Source: Marsupella aquatica
Taxonomy: Eukaryota > Plantae > Marchantiophyta
Reading direction: 5' to 3'
DNA: 64,000 nucleotides
Assembly (NCBI GenBank): GCA_973895155.1
Contig: OZ316891.1
Location: 12,150,771-12,214,770, forward strand
A program made the position numbers and the translations under genes. Shown in pieces: positions 14,001-27,424 of the stretch. The number at the start of each line of letters is the position of its first letter. Within the stretch, counting starts at the first letter, position 1. Below the pieces are notes generated by a model. It saw only the letters and a program-made list of their open reading frames with translations. It was not told where the DNA came from and did no database searches.

Positions 14001-14958
14001 CCCTTGCCAATCCACCTCCTGCAGCTGTATAGTCAACTTACCTTTCTGCTGTATGGTATGAGTTAAGAAGCTTCAGAGGTATTTCTTAGGACCTCGCTGG
14101 AAAATAATGTATTCCTATTGCGAACTGAAATTCCCTTGCTACAACATGCCAAACAAAATCGGCAAATGCGTTAGAATGAATGCCGTTAGAAGAGCAAATG
14201 TTTCCGATCGACCACATAGCCGCGTTGCAGAGTTAAACGAAGGACTATTGTCAATTTAGGACTTGCTCGAGTCCCCCTGAGTAACTGCGACGCTCAGCTA
14301 GTCTATTCTGGTAGACATCCTGTAGTCGAAATTGGCCAAGCAAGGGCAAGCAAATGTCTTGGACAATCTACTGTCTATCCCCAGTGGATCAGAATAATCT
14401 TCAGACATTATAATACATTCGACATGTCAATGAAATTGACGAATTGGTCAAAGGAAGGTTACTTTCAACCTACAATGGAGCCGAACTCACTGAAAACTTG
14501 GACAAAGTTTCAAATGGCTACCGACGGGCTTAAGTATACTTTCGAAGCATGAATCAAGATACAGAGCTGACATTCATGCTTCATTTAAGCAAAGCAATGC
14601 ATTCTAGTTGTTGAACATGAAGCGTACTAACTCCCCACGTTGCTCAAGTGGAGGCTGCTTAGATCGGTGAGCAAAGTTGTCACAATTCGGACCACACGGC
14701 ACTTAGCAAGTCCTAAACTCCAGGAAAGCTTTTCCAGGTATCTATGTCGAGTATAGCCGCACAAACCTGAACTCAAGTAGGAGCATTATTTGAATATTTT
14801 GGGATAAAATTTGAACATCGGACAGACTGAGGCATCAAGATAAAGTATGCGAAACTCTCACACTGTCTGAAAAGGATATGACCTTCAACTCCAGGGGGCA
14901 GTGACGATCCCGTGTAACCTGTACTTTCTGAAGGTAACGAGTCGTAACCCCTTGTCAT
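5044..14958 (-). CDS. C2CD3: C2CD3 orthologue (centriole distal-end multi-C2 protein); many exons, including ~14880-14958, ~13850-14045, ~13283-13560, ~12705-12905, ~9948-12550, ~8555-9250, ~7890-7985, ~6755-7130, ~6193-6560, ~5811-5955, 5389-5623 and 5044-5141
   Basis: Motifs are collinear with remembered human C2CD3: SLPPGVEG (SLPPLVEG), HINWWG (RVRWWG), YLQDMGTL (YLTDMAVL), VVAAEG...GSLRLRAVLGSEAQLLNLQ (VVAVDS...GSLRVFLAMGSSNQIMALQ), LLFELW (VQFEIW), IDIIGATGLE (VQIIRACGLQ), LGVATIPSRTLLTTKAGVSGW ([21 protein letters not shown]). Stop TGA at 5044-5046. Several exon ends are approximate. Confidence 0.85.
8069..8451. mobile_element. Non-autonomous TIR element (MITE) in a C2CD3 intron
   Basis: Perfect 19-bp inverted repeat TAGAGTTTTCCGTAAAAGC at 8069-8087 and 8433-8451; the outer TA may be the TSD. 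Repeated CTCACCC(T/C)G subterminal motifs are present inside. Confidence 0.75.
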
Positions 14959-16734
14959 TCTGGCCTTCGTCTCTCGGCAGCTAGGTACAGCTCCTATCGC
15001 TGGCTAAAAATCCAAGTTTGCCATCTGACAAGTCGTTCATGCAAACACCCAGGTGATATGTGTTTGTAGGCTTGTCCATCTTTGTAGATATTGCGTGATA
15101 ATGATTCGAATGGACTGGCTTCATGATGTTGCTTAGTTATGAACACTGCCGGCCGAAGAATTAAACAGATTGTTTCATCTCGTTGGCTTGGACGATCCAC
15201 TCACCGTTAGCCAAAAGTTTGTAAATCAAATGGGCTCGTAGCTCATCATGAATGGCCCCACATATCTCCAAAGCTCTGTTGAGCTCCGATGGAGTCCTCC
15301 TTGCGCTTAAAGAATGCAAGGAAAGCTTCATTGAGCGTCAACCTCAACGGTGATTGTAGCACAAACCATCTTTGGTCGGTAGGCGCCAAAATATAACAAA
15401 GAGGATTCTTTTAACATTTCATGAATCTGTCGGCGTGAATTCCTCGGATTGGTGGCCATATATTCAATGAACCCTCACAGACAGATCCCCATGACGTTAT
15501 GTTGACTTTGTCGCAAATCTCTGAAAAGGTCACACTCAAGTTGCGAATTGAAACAGTGCCAAGAAGATCTCCCAATAATCAGGTCTTAGAATACCGCAGG
15601 CTTTCAGATTCAAGACACCGGATCAGCTGGACAAATTGAATTGCCTTGCCTTGAATATTCCACCATCTTCTAAAAGGTCTCACCTGCAGTCGAATCTGCA
15701 GCAAACCTGGAAAGGAATCCCCGCCATACTCTGAACCAATCTTTCTTCCCCGGCAGGAAGTTTTGAAACTTTGGACGCAGCTTGCAGACAGGTATTCAAT
15801 TTCGACCGCGCTGTGCTCACAAGCAAGCAATCAATACCATCGGAAGTACCTTTTACTCGAACAAGAGCGGGAAAGCAGTTCGAATCGATTCCATCCTTAC
15901 CAAACTCATCTACCTTACTTACAGAAGGGCTTCCAATTCGGGAGACTCTGTTTCGTACGACGATCAATTAAACAATGAAATCATGAAGCGACTATCATTC
16001 TTGAAATGACCAGGCGAAATGCGACGCAACACAATAGATTCTGCCCTACGCTACTCACAGGCAGGCGTCCAATTCTGAGAGTTCAGTGCAAGTCGAGATC
16101 GACCAATCAATTCATCACTCAATCAATGACATGCTTGAACGGGCGCTCTTTCTTTATTAAAGGGCGGGGAAAGAACTAGATGCATCCTACAGACCAGATT
16201 AAAATCTACACGACTAATTACCACGTATCCGACCTCGCATTCGTGATGGCAACGGCGTCAGGTGGGAGCCGAGTGATGAATCTCTTCAAATCTGCACGAG
16301 CAGCAAGAAAGGAGCATCCCGCCCGGGCATTTCACGACTCCTCTATCAGTCTCTTCGCAGCTCAGTCCTAGGCAAGGCTACAATACGGCAAATCCAGCAA
16401 ACTTTGTCATGAAGGGTCTTCAATCATTAAATCCGAGTCAGTGATGTAGATGAAACCAGAGCAACTGATAGCATGCAAACGCATCGATTGTGCTCTTGCT
16501 TTCTCCATTCGTTCAGCAGCGTTCGGAGCTCCGTCGAGCTCTCGTGGTGTAGATCAAGAAATTTGAGGAGTGGTAACTCCCCTGTACATGGGCACAAAGT
16601 AAACAAGGAGGATTAAACTTGATCCAACGATTTCAGGTACGGTTCCATCAATAACACTGCCACCCTCACCCTCGCGGTTCGAGGTAAAGGGAACGCAAGT
16701 TTATGTATATCAGTGATCTAAAAGCACCATATAC

Positions 16735-17752
16735 TAGGGCGTCTCAAACCCAGTCATTAATAAGATAAAGCCCTTCCGTGACCCAAGTGTTACAAGAGCC
16801 AAAGATCTGCTCCAGTAAGGAAACCGATGGACAGAGGACTTAAGACATTACCCTAATTACAGTCCTCAAATACTGTTTGACTATGTTGGACTGTAGTGCA
16901 CAAGGTAGTTCAGTAGCCGTGGCCCAAAAGTTGAACTCGCCTTGCTCTTTGGTGAGTGACATCGAGGATGGAAGACTAGAAACCTCACCCATGGTGTTTG
17001 CTAGTGAGAAGTAAATTGGTGAATCCTGCATTACGCTAGCTCCATAGCTCCCTCACTCCATCTTTTCGAGCAAGAGGCCAAATGAATGTTGTTTGGTTGC
17101 AATTTTAGGGTGCAGGTATATGCAAATTTTCCAGAATTCTTGATTGATGATTGTCATGACATTGGCATTGTATATATGGCTTTGTGTTTGGGATCCAGCA
17201 TGTGCATCATCATCATGGTGACAGTGGATTACAAACAAGTTTGAGGTTCTTTACTCCTACTTTAGAGCAACAGGTCAGTCTTTTTGGTTGCCATTCAGGT
17301 TGCATTTGTATGCAAATTTTCCGGAAGTCCAGATTCATCATAGTAGTGACAAAAAATTTCTTTTGACATCATCGTGCAAACCAAAAATCTGCAATTTTTT
17401 TGGTGCATACCATGAGTTCTTTGACACTAATTAAATTGCAATTGACGGATTATGTGTCAACGATCCTCCTCAACTCTGCTGCGTATTAAAACCCAGGAAT
17501 TTGGGGAATGGAGAACTGTGTTGTCTGCCCGATGTGGCAGGTTATGGTTGGTTTGGGTCAGGACATACCGAGTGTGAGGGGAAAGGAAGCCCATAAATGA
17601 AACGGGCTTAAGGCCGTAATAAGAGCCTTACGGGCGGATCAAATCTCCCTCCCCCCATTTTTCAATTCCCATGAGGGGCTCATGTGGGCTGTTTTATGGC
17701 ATGAGCCCTAAGACCTTAACTTTGGATTATGGTCTGGGTTTGAGATGTTCAA
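16735..17752. mobile_element. Degenerate non-autonomous hAT-like DNA transposon
   Basis: Left end TAGGGCGTCTCAAACCCAG versus right end CTGGGTTTGAGATGTTCAA, an inverted repeat whose mismatches are mostly C>T. Flanked by an 8-bp near-TSD CCATATAC (16727-16734) / CCAGATAC (17753-17760). Confidence 0.6.
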
Positions 17753-19737
17753 CCAGATACCCAATATTAATCACTGAAATTAAGCCAAACCCAGATCAAA
17801 ATTACAATCGACCTAGCATTTTATAGGCTTAATTGAAAAAGTTTTTGAATATCAATTTTATCGGAAACTTTTCACTGAAAAAGAATAAAGTATGCTCTTC
17901 TTTCCTTCTCTTTCTTTCACACAACCTTGTAAAGATTTTCAAAAAAGGAAAAAGTTTACCTATTTTCTTTTCAATATATTTACAAAAGGTGCATGAATAG
18001 CTTTATGACCTTTACCAACGGGTCTTCTTTTACAAAATGTGTCCCAATGAAAATGTGTTAGACCCAACTTTAGACTCATATGGCAGCCACACTATCATGT
18101 CATATGGTGATAACTGAGTTTCTTGGGACTTGTCGATCAATGGTTCTGGTTCTGGTTCTGGTGTTGGTGTGATTAGGTTTTAAACAATGCTTGCAAAAGA
18201 ATTCACTTCATTATTGAGATAAAGTGATGGAGTAAACTATAGGCATGCAGGACCACAAATAATTATAACCAATCATGTCCAGCTGCAAGTGACATATATT
18301 TTGGTGTCTTAAAAAATTCATTCTTTCAGAACTGCTAACCAACTTCTAAAATGGGAGATGGAGATTCATCAAGAACAGAGTTCCATGTCTAGTGTTTTGC
18401 CCACATCAGCAACCCATGAACCCATGATTGCGTGATAGAGCCCTTCTTCAAAGAATAAAAGCAATTATGTATGTCAATTTTCCCAAAATGAAAGTGAGCG
18501 AACAACTAGGAAGCACCTTGAATTGCTCCTTGGTGCACTAAAGTAGGCACGGCAAGTGGGGGATAACCATCTTAATATACTCCATGGAAATTAACTTAAG
18601 CTTCTTTCCGAAAACCCTAGCAACAGGTGTGGTTACATGAACACATTATGTCACAAACAGGAACAATGATATTTTCAACAAGAACAAGCATGGTTGTTTG
18701 TGTTTGATACAAGGCAAACAAAAACAATTACTGAGGGCCCAATTTAACTGAACAATATCCAAAATTTGAAAAGGAAATTATAAATAATAAATAGCAGAGT
18801 AGTAAAACAATAGATCGGTGTGTAGACTGTGAGATATGAGTCTTTTACATCAAAATGTTCCTATTTTAAACTTTTTGTCCAGTTTCTGAAAAGGCCGTTT
18901 GAGCTGGGTTGAGGTTATCCGGGAAGTTATCTGGTCTTAAATTTCCAAGTTAACTACTGCACAGTATTGAAATAATTGAGTCAGAGAAAGAAATTGGTGG
19001 TGCCCAGGCTCACATAGTGGGGCCTGAGCTGTGTTCATAGTTAGCTAGTGATTTTGAGACAAGTAGAAAATAGATAATAAAAATACTAAGGCAACATGGA
19101 AAGTATCTCTACAAAATCGAAGTTGATCCAGGCAATCAGCTTCAAATGATGATCGTGAAGAGAGAATAGATTCAAAATTGGCGGAAAACAGGATGAATAC
19201 TAATATAGACATCCAAACCACTTCAATTTCCAAGTTTATCCAAGTTTATCCAAGTTTATCTTCCAAGTTGCTCTATGGGCCATGCAAGCATGCCCTGTTC
19301 ACAAAATCATAGCAAGCACAGGTACTAACCACTGACACAACTCTGATATAGTACTTCAGACACTCCTAGGGGCCCCTTTCTGTGATAGAATTTGAAAAAG
19401 GCTAAAGGGAGACGGGATGAACGGGGTACATCAACTAATTCAATTCTTCACTAGATCTTCACCACATACAATTTCTTGTTCTTTTCTATGTTGAGAGCCT
19501 ATTTTAATTAAGATAAGGTGACACAAATTTTCACATATTTGAATCCCGACTTCAATGGGCCTTCAACCACATATTAAAGTTTGTTGACATTTGGTTGCAA
19601 AATGCAGGTTTGATACTTCATGGCAGATTCTTCAGTCACTAGCTTCCAGTCACTTGGTCAAAATTTTATGGTTTCACCTGTAGCCACAATCAGCATTTTT
19701 GTCACAAACAAGGATGTATATGTTTAGGGTATACATA

Positions 19738-19981
19738 TATTAACATTTATTACGACGCGATGAGGACTATTAGGCTGCACTCTTTTTCCTTTAGCACTCA
19801 TATTTTTCTCTGCTACACTGGTAGAGTTTTTATTTAGCTAGAGTTGATAAAGGTTTTTTAACGAGGCAGTCTACCTCACTTGTACTCACATCATGTATTT
19901 CCTATGAACATGATATAATAGGTATAGTCTATGTTGTCTATATAGTTGTCACTATATATCCAAAGGGGAGTGTTAGACTCT
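19738..19981 (+). repeat. Isolated 244-bp copy of the Bianca element 3' UTR + PPT + first 11 bp of the LTR
   Basis: Aligns without gaps to 39619-39862 with 3 mismatches counted by eye and ends AAAGGGGAG-TGTTAGACTCT. Confidence 0.92.
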
Positions 19982-21556
19982 CAGTTTGACTCAAGGCTAT
20001 TATCTTCCCCCAAGCAGAGTGCCATGGCACTGTATTTAAACAGTGGGCCAAGGGGCGCTCTTGAATAGTGCGCCCTGACTGAGCATTGTATTTGAGTTTT
20101 GACTCTCTGTTTTGGAAATTTTCTACTTGCAGCATTGTGTTCAAATCTTGACATTTGAGTTGAGGTCCCTTAAATCTAAACTAGTCCATCGCTCAGTAGT
20201 CCATCCTCAACTTACTCAAATGTCAATATTTAGCTTCTATAATTGAATAATTCAATACAATTTGTTCACATACATGTTGGGTGCCAATAACAGACACCAT
20301 TGTATCTAATAACTTAGTGTCTTGATCTATGTTCTGGTCGATTTCACTGGGGTGCAGAGAATAAAAAATGCCTCATGGGTATCCTAGATAGTGCAAGCTC
20401 CTCCTCAGATGCCAACTACTCGCACATTCAGCCACACTTGAACCTGCAAAACCCTTGAATCTCAATTTTTCCCCATTTTGAACCCAAAGCCTGGGCGCCG
20501 TGTTCTGGGGATGACGGTAGCAAAAAGTTAGACTAACCATACATGTAAGCCATAATTTATATGTTGGTAATCAATGATGAGAGTGTGCAACATTGAACAG
20601 ACAGTATTTTAAAGTTAGTCATATATTCATTTTGAGTTTTCATGGTGTTGTCTTCTCAGATAGGCCTTGATTCCCCACATCGTGCTTGATTGTGTAAAAT
20701 CTGAGAGCATTGCACAAGGTTGCATGAAACATTGGGTGGCCTGAGATAGTAAGGAATTTTTCTTTGAGGAATGGTTGACCACTTCACTTACTTGGTAACG
20801 ATTCTTAAGCTTAGGAAGTCCAGTACCATTCAAGTATATTTAAATTCAGATTCCCCTTCAGATTGGGTATAAAATTTTGGTAAGCTGCAATAGTTGTGAC
20901 AGCTTTGTCATGTCAAATGCTGTCACTGAGGATTCCAGTTTAAATATACCCTGCTGCTGAGGTCACAGCCAAAATTTGCGATTTGACATTGGAAACTCCG
21001 GAAATGCATGGGTAATATTAGGGTATTTCAAAGCTTGGAAATTTATTTTGGATGATATTTGGTCATAAAGAATAGATCATAACTTTTTCACAAGACTGGA
21101 TAATTTATTTTTATTTTTTCTTGCACCAGCCTCTAGGGTGGCTAGAGGTTATGGCACAAGACTAGGAATTCTGTAGTCCACAACTTTTTGTCCACAACCC
21201 ATAACTAGGGAGCTAAAATACATCAAATTGCTAGCTTTGGGAGAACTATTAGTGAGTGGCGACATGATCCATGCTAGCTTTGGGACGCCCTATTACTGAG
21301 TGGCAACATGATCCATATGTGTAATGTATTAATGAGCTACTGTAGCCAAGCTCATCCTAGGGAAACCCACAAGAAAGGCAAATTGTTTGAAAGGAGATGT
21401 CGTTTTATTCTCAAGCATGATACCTCTTAACGACATGATAATGATCACAACATTTTCCAAGAGTTGTGACCTGCCGTTAATTTGAGGATTTGAGGTCACA
21501 GTTGCAGAACACTATCATAAACTCTGCCCATCGTAGGTCTAAAGGTAGTATTTTGC

Positions 21557-21558
<2 letters not shown>

Positions 21559-21599
<41 letters not shown>
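21559..21599. repeat. (AG)n microsatellite
   Basis: About 20 AG units seen directly. Confidence 0.95.
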
Positions 21600-21601
<2 letters not shown>

Positions 21602-21964
21602 CTTGGAACATGCTTCATTTTTGGTTTTTTTAGTCAAATCCTTATTTGTTTGTGGCAAATATAAACATATAATCTATCATATTGAAAGGTTGTGCACATA
21701 AGGTACAAGAGTAAAAGTATACATATAAAGTAATAATGAACAGGAAAAGTTTTAAGTCTATGGTATCTGGTTGTGCATATATTGTACATCAATAGAGATA
21801 TTTATGTACTTACCTTAGGTAATGATACTCAAATTAATTAAAACCATAAATTTAGGACACAAAACCATGAGTAGAACTTAAAGACATAAGGAGTGTACTT
21901 TATTTTGATCAGTTCTTCCTCACTCATGAGGATAAGGGCTAAAAATTCCCTGAGCTTTGTTAAA

Positions 21965-22276
21965 GGGTGGATGATCTTAAATATAACAAGGATTAAAAAA
22001 TTTAGAAGGGTGCCAGATTAAATTCAAAATCTAAACTATACAAGGGATGCACCTTGGTAAGACACATTGAATTAAAAATAAATAAGAAAAAAAATTTCAA
22101 TAAGACAAAATACTGGAAGGGGGTGGATGATCTTAAATACAGCAAAGATTACAAAATTTAGAGGGGTGCCAGAATAAATTCAAAATCTAAACTATACAAG
22201 GGATGCACCTTGGTAAGACACATTGAACTACAAAGAAATAAGAAAAGAAATTTCAATAAGACAAAATACTGGAAGG
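21965..22276. repeat. 156-bp tandem duplication (2 copies)
   Basis: GGGTGGATGATCTTAAATA...TACTGGAAGG starts at 21965 and again at 22121. A separate GCTAATAAGTTGGAA x3 array lies at 22341-22385. Confidence 0.9.
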
Positions 22277-22766
22277 CGGATTCATCATTTAGCAGTTTCA
22301 TAATTTTGCACATACTAACACAGTCCGGACCAGCCATCATGCTAATAAGTTGGAAGCTAATAAGTTGGAAGCTAATAAGTTGGAATATTCAGGAAAGGAA
22401 CAGCACGGGACACCATGGCCCACAAGAAAGGGTACGCATTATTCCACTACCGGCCTATGTGTCACCTACACGAGAAAGTTTGGATAAGCGTTTTGACGAT
22501 GTTGTCCGAATAAATTATTTCCTTTTCTGTCTTTCTCCCGAGCATCTTTCTACCACTACGGTAGTGACCGAACACCTTGCACATGTAAAGGTCGCAAGAT
22601 GGCAGGAGTGGGGCCCAATGCTAACTAAGGGATTAATTTGGACTGTATAATTAATGAGTGCGAATGTAAATGGCAGCGCGGCTTTACAAGAACTGGGCCC
22701 ATTCAGGTATGGTAGTGTCTCAGACTCTCAGTGCCTGCCTATCCTACATGACAAGTAGTGGGCCCA

Positions 22767-23053
22767 AGGCAGCTTATTTTTTAAGGTTTTTTATTTTTAG
22801 CCAATGTGGCCAATGTTTGCTTCTCTAAGGGAGGAGATTCTAGGAACATTCTATCAGATTCTACTGAAGTAAATCATGGTCCTCACATATCCCCAGATTT
22901 AAGGAGTACTGCTAGATTCTGGCTGGGGTCCATGATTTGGTGGAAGAGCTACCAATGGCGCTAAAAACTGTAACGAATATTAGCCAAAAGTGGCTAACAT
23001 TTTTGGGGGAGGTGGAATTTGGCTAAAATTCACACTTAAAAAAGAAGCTGGCT
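22767..23053. mobile_element. Tourist-like MITE between two copies of a ~80-bp direct repeat
   Basis: Inverted ends AGGCAGCTTATTTTTTAAG / CTTAAAAAAGAAGCTGGCT with inner TTTTAGCCAA/TTGGCTAAAA and a short CA(A) duplication. Flanking direct repeats GCTTTACAAGAACTGG...AGTGGG lie at ~22681 and ~23071. Confidence 0.55.
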
Positions 23054-23702
23054 CAAGGTATGGCTGGACTGCTTTACAAGAACTGGACCCATTCAGTATG
23101 GTGGTGTCTCCATATCCTACATGACCATTAGTGGGCTCAAGGTAGTGCTTACATGAAGTGCTTATCTTGTCTAGAACTTTACATTACCTGTACTTTACCC
23201 TAAACCTTCATTTCAAAACATTTTGGTCCTGAGTCATTCGCACTTATCGAACTTCATTTCCAGAGATTTAGATTTTGGTCTGGAGTCTAACTTTAGAACA
23301 AGAGTAGCCATCCAGCTTTTCGAAAGAAAACAAATCACAACTGCCCCCACTTCTCACCCTAATAACTTGTTGAATCATTTGCGGGAATCTTGGGTCCCGT
23401 GTAGGACCGAGGGAAATGGGAATGCTTGCTTATCCTGGCTGCTCCACTCGCATGTCAGCCAACTCGATTCGATTGCATGCCTGCTGACCTCACGTGAAGA
23501 CCTATCCCAGTAGAGAGCGCCTCAAGTGGTTAGTACCGTGAAAAAGCATGCAGTCGTTCACATTCCTCACCAACATAAAGAACCTCGCCGGTGGTCAAGA
23601 TCTTGGCTCTTTTGGTCTTCTTGCTTACAATACTTGGGGAGAATTTGAGTTCTCTCTTCAGCGGAGCAACTCTAAGTCTATTTGACGAGCAATTTGAGGA
23701 TA

Positions 23703-25206
23703 ATGGAGACATCTGGGCACACTCAATACGAGCAAGCAGAATATGAGCCTGCAGAATCTGAGACTGCAGAAGAGGAGCAGGCAGAGGATGAGCCCTCAGA
23801 AGACGAACACACAGCAGACGATCCCTCAGAATACGAGCACTCGGAGTCCGAGCCCTCAGAATGGGAGCACACGGAATATGAGCCCTCCGAGTATGAGCAC
23901 ACGGAATACCACATGAATGAATTCCGAACGAGTGGTACTACAGCGCTCATTAAGAACCAAGTGCTTGGACAAAAGTTGAGGTTTGTGCAGTTGGGCGCTA
24001 AGAGTGGACAGGCCTGGGGTGTGGCGCGCGCTGCAGTACAGGAGAAACTCTCTAACGCTGGCGCGACGCTTGAATATGGCGCCTTCACCTTCACCCATCC
24101 GCTTCATCCAGTTCGCCGCAGGGCCGCCAAAGACGCCCATGCGCAGCACGTAAAATTAGCTAGTGGTATTAATCCTCCCCCTATACTTCGTTTTCAACCG
24201 TTGGCTTCGGCCTATAGTCAGTCTGGAATATACAAACGATCACTCCAGTGAGATTGATGACATTCAGATTTGAAAGCTGTGTGCATTTGTAATCTGAATC
24301 TGATTGGAGAGACAGCGCTCTGTTGTATCTTGCGTGTAATTATCTCTAGATCGGGGACATCAATCGCCTTCGCTAGAAAAATCATTATGATAGGAAAAGA
24401 CTTTGAGCTCAGTACACATAACAGTAAGAATATCGAGGCCTGTGCGTACCAACAGCTTGAATTGGCTCTGGACTAATGTTGTGCAGACCGTCGAAAAGAA
24501 CGAGTTGGAGCCGCCAAAAGCAACGCAGCTGCCAAAATCGCCAAGGCTCGCCAGGGACGAATTCACATCCTTGAAGAAGGTGTTCATTCCTAATGAGACA
24601 CCTATTGAGTCATATCATGAATTTTTGCCAGATCTCATGTGAATGTCAGCGAGACTGCTAAATATGGTCCCACTAGATCCAATCATGATGTACTCGCAAT
24701 CTTCGTTCTATACAATTCAAACATGATAACAGGCTCCTGTACGTTCCCTAACGCTGAGCTACCTAAAGGAAGATGAAGGTGAGCCTAGGCAAAGGGTTGA
24801 ACTTTGGACCTCCTAATTGACATACCCGAACGTACCCTGCCAAGCAAATAACAACTCTATAGAAAGTCTCGTACAAATTTTGCGATTCGGATAGTGTCAG
24901 TTTTAATGTGTTGCCTATCCCAGTGTATGGGATACACGTACATAGTCTCTTGCAAATTTTGAAATCGGATACTTAGTGTTGGATATCTTTAGGCAGCAGA
25001 TTAGGCAATATGTGAATATATATGGCCTTCCTCGTATCCTAGATGCAATAACGTTGTCAACAACTGTGTACTCGAACTGTCCAAAGTATTAGTTTCAGTT
25101 CTACAACTGCAACTTTACTGTGCAATTCGTTCGACTCTGCAACTAGTCAAATATTATTAGTTTGGAACGTACAGGTTCCGAACTTCCAACTCTAGATCTA
25201 CAGTAG
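23703..25206 (+). CDS. Hypothetical protein with an acidic pentapeptide repeat; candidate exons 23703-24149, 24487-24579, 24733-24778, 25175-25206
   Basis: ATG at 23703, 13 xxExE-type pentapeptides, and phase-compatible GT-AG junctions (CAC|GTAAAA, TGCAG|ACC, AAG|GTGTTC, ACAG|GCT, G|GTGAGC). The last exon is uncertain and no domain was recognised. Confidence 0.45.
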
Positions 25207-27424
25207 TTGACTTTGGACTTGTAAATATTGAACAAAAAACACAGGTGCATTGGCACTAGAATGGTGTGTAAGGTTCGGTTGCCTTGCAATCTGGAAGGAG
25301 TATTATATTTCACTTATCGGGTACAGTAATTAATGAACTTCTTGGACGAACGGTGAGAAGTTCTTTCTGTTCAGTTTTTATGTCAACGAATCAATGCAGC
25401 AGCGAACGAGTTTTTTTGTTGTTGCTTAATCCTTAACCTGCTGCCACTTTGTCTCAACTCTACAGTCGAAGAAGAATGATGCAAAGATCACACGAAATTC
25501 ATTTGCTTTGGTGTGTAAAGATATTCTCTGATTGCGGAGGTCACTGCTTCGGAGCATTTGATGATCTCTATTGCATAAATGTTGAGGGTGCCAAGTAATG
25601 CAAATCTCAACCGCTTTGATGGCATGTTTTGAGATAAATCATGTCGGATGTCACCAATTTGGTTCATATCCTGAACGTGATGGGTTTCTGATTGAGCCGT
25701 CAGTGACATCGAGGGCGTTTTGCCAAGAGTGTAACTTTCATACTTTCATGCATTCGGAACGCAGTTCTACCCGATCAAAAGCTCATACTGACAGTTGGAT
25801 CAATTTCATTGTATGCAAGTGCCAAGCTACTGTGCTGATGGCCTTCACGGCTGAGCGATGTTGTCAGTTCATCTCTGTATCGTTTTCTCTGTCAGTGTGT
25901 CGATCGTAATCATGCAATGCAGCTTTTTCTTGCGGAAGTGACCAAGTTTATCTACTGACCGAAGCCATGCAGCCGGACAATCATCTTGACCGAATGTCAC
26001 TTGATGGGGTCCACGCTCATGCAAATCTCCGTAGCCTCCCACGTTGTTATCATTGAGGTGAAATTGCCGAATTACTCTTACATTGTGCCACATTCACCAA
26101 AATGCCGTTCAGCTTTACCACGTCACAAATCCCGATACAAATGCACATTTCGCAATTCTTTTGGTAAAGCAAACCTAGGCACCTGACTAGCCTGACTGCC
26201 GGAACTTTGCTCAGCGCCCTTCCCCACCTTTACCTTTTGCATGTCTCACTCCTACGTGCTACCGAGAGTCCTGCCCCAGAGTCACCTTTGCTTGTCTCAC
26301 TCCTCAACCAAGTTGCCGCCACCCAAGGTCATCCGAATATCCGATAGAGGCCTCACTTTAGACCATTAATAGGCTCTAGAGTCTACTGTAGAGTTTAGTT
26401 ATTAGATTGTAGTTCTATTTTTTTGAAAGATTATTCTATAACAAACTAGCTTGATTACACATTCTTTGAACCAGAGAGTAACAAAGGAGAGTATAATAAA
26501 CATGTCAACAAAATACACTTACTATTCCCATTCTTTGAAGGTTAATGAAAAAAACATCATGCCTGACCTCATCATTTTAACAATCATAAATATCATAACA
26601 TCCTCCTTTCTATGCACATATATTATGGTGGGGTCCTAGAGTCATGGTCTATCATGACATACTCCTTTGAATTCTTTCTATGCACATATACTATGGTGGG
26701 GCCCATTTAGGAATTATAATTAGAAAACCCAAGATAGGGCTAACAGACAAGATACACTAGTTTTGGGGAAAGAAATGCTGCATGTAGTCACACATACAGT
26801 TTACATATGTGGCTCCCAGTTTGGCTCCCAGTTTGGCTAGATAATCTGGTATAGGTGAGACATAGATAGGTGGGAAGTAGCTTGGAGCTTGGGACATCCC
26901 CACAAGCGTAGGCATTGCCTGCACTCTACATTGGAGACACTTTTACAAACCAGAGACTCAAGCTAAGACAAACCTAATCTAGGGACAAAACTAACACATT
27001 GGGGCCACTTCCTAGCCGATGGATCTGATGGACAAAAGATCTGGGCCTTTGAAGACATTGAAGCATGCCCTTTGCTCAAAACCTGAACCAATGTATCAAA
27101 GCCTGTTCCAAACTTACCCCCTCCCTAAACCCTCAAAAATATTAGGCACATGAACCCTTAAAATGGGAAATATTTGACATTGCCATGTGGTTCAATGAGA
27201 CCTTGCCATGTGGACTACTTACACAATGATGCACAGCACATATATTATGGGCCCCTTCAGTCTAATTAATATGCCACCATTTTGGAAATACCCTTCTTCC
27301 TTATAAATCCAAAGTTATATAAAGTAAATGCTGGTTAATGGGTTAGTTTTAATTGAATTATAATTATTAGCCAAAATTGGATTAAAAAAATACCCCTCAA
27401 GCATGTGTTTCTAGGATTAGGTAA

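Noticed and set aside
14994-16371. Short ORFs upstream of C2CD3
   Set aside because: No recognisable domains. Minus-strand donors near 15682 and 15203 and an acceptor near 14981 suggest a spliced 5' UTR.
23586-23745. Signal-peptide-like stretch VVKILALLVFLLTILG upstream of the acidic-repeat ORF
   Set aside because: It is in a different frame, has no in-frame ATG and is bounded by stops.
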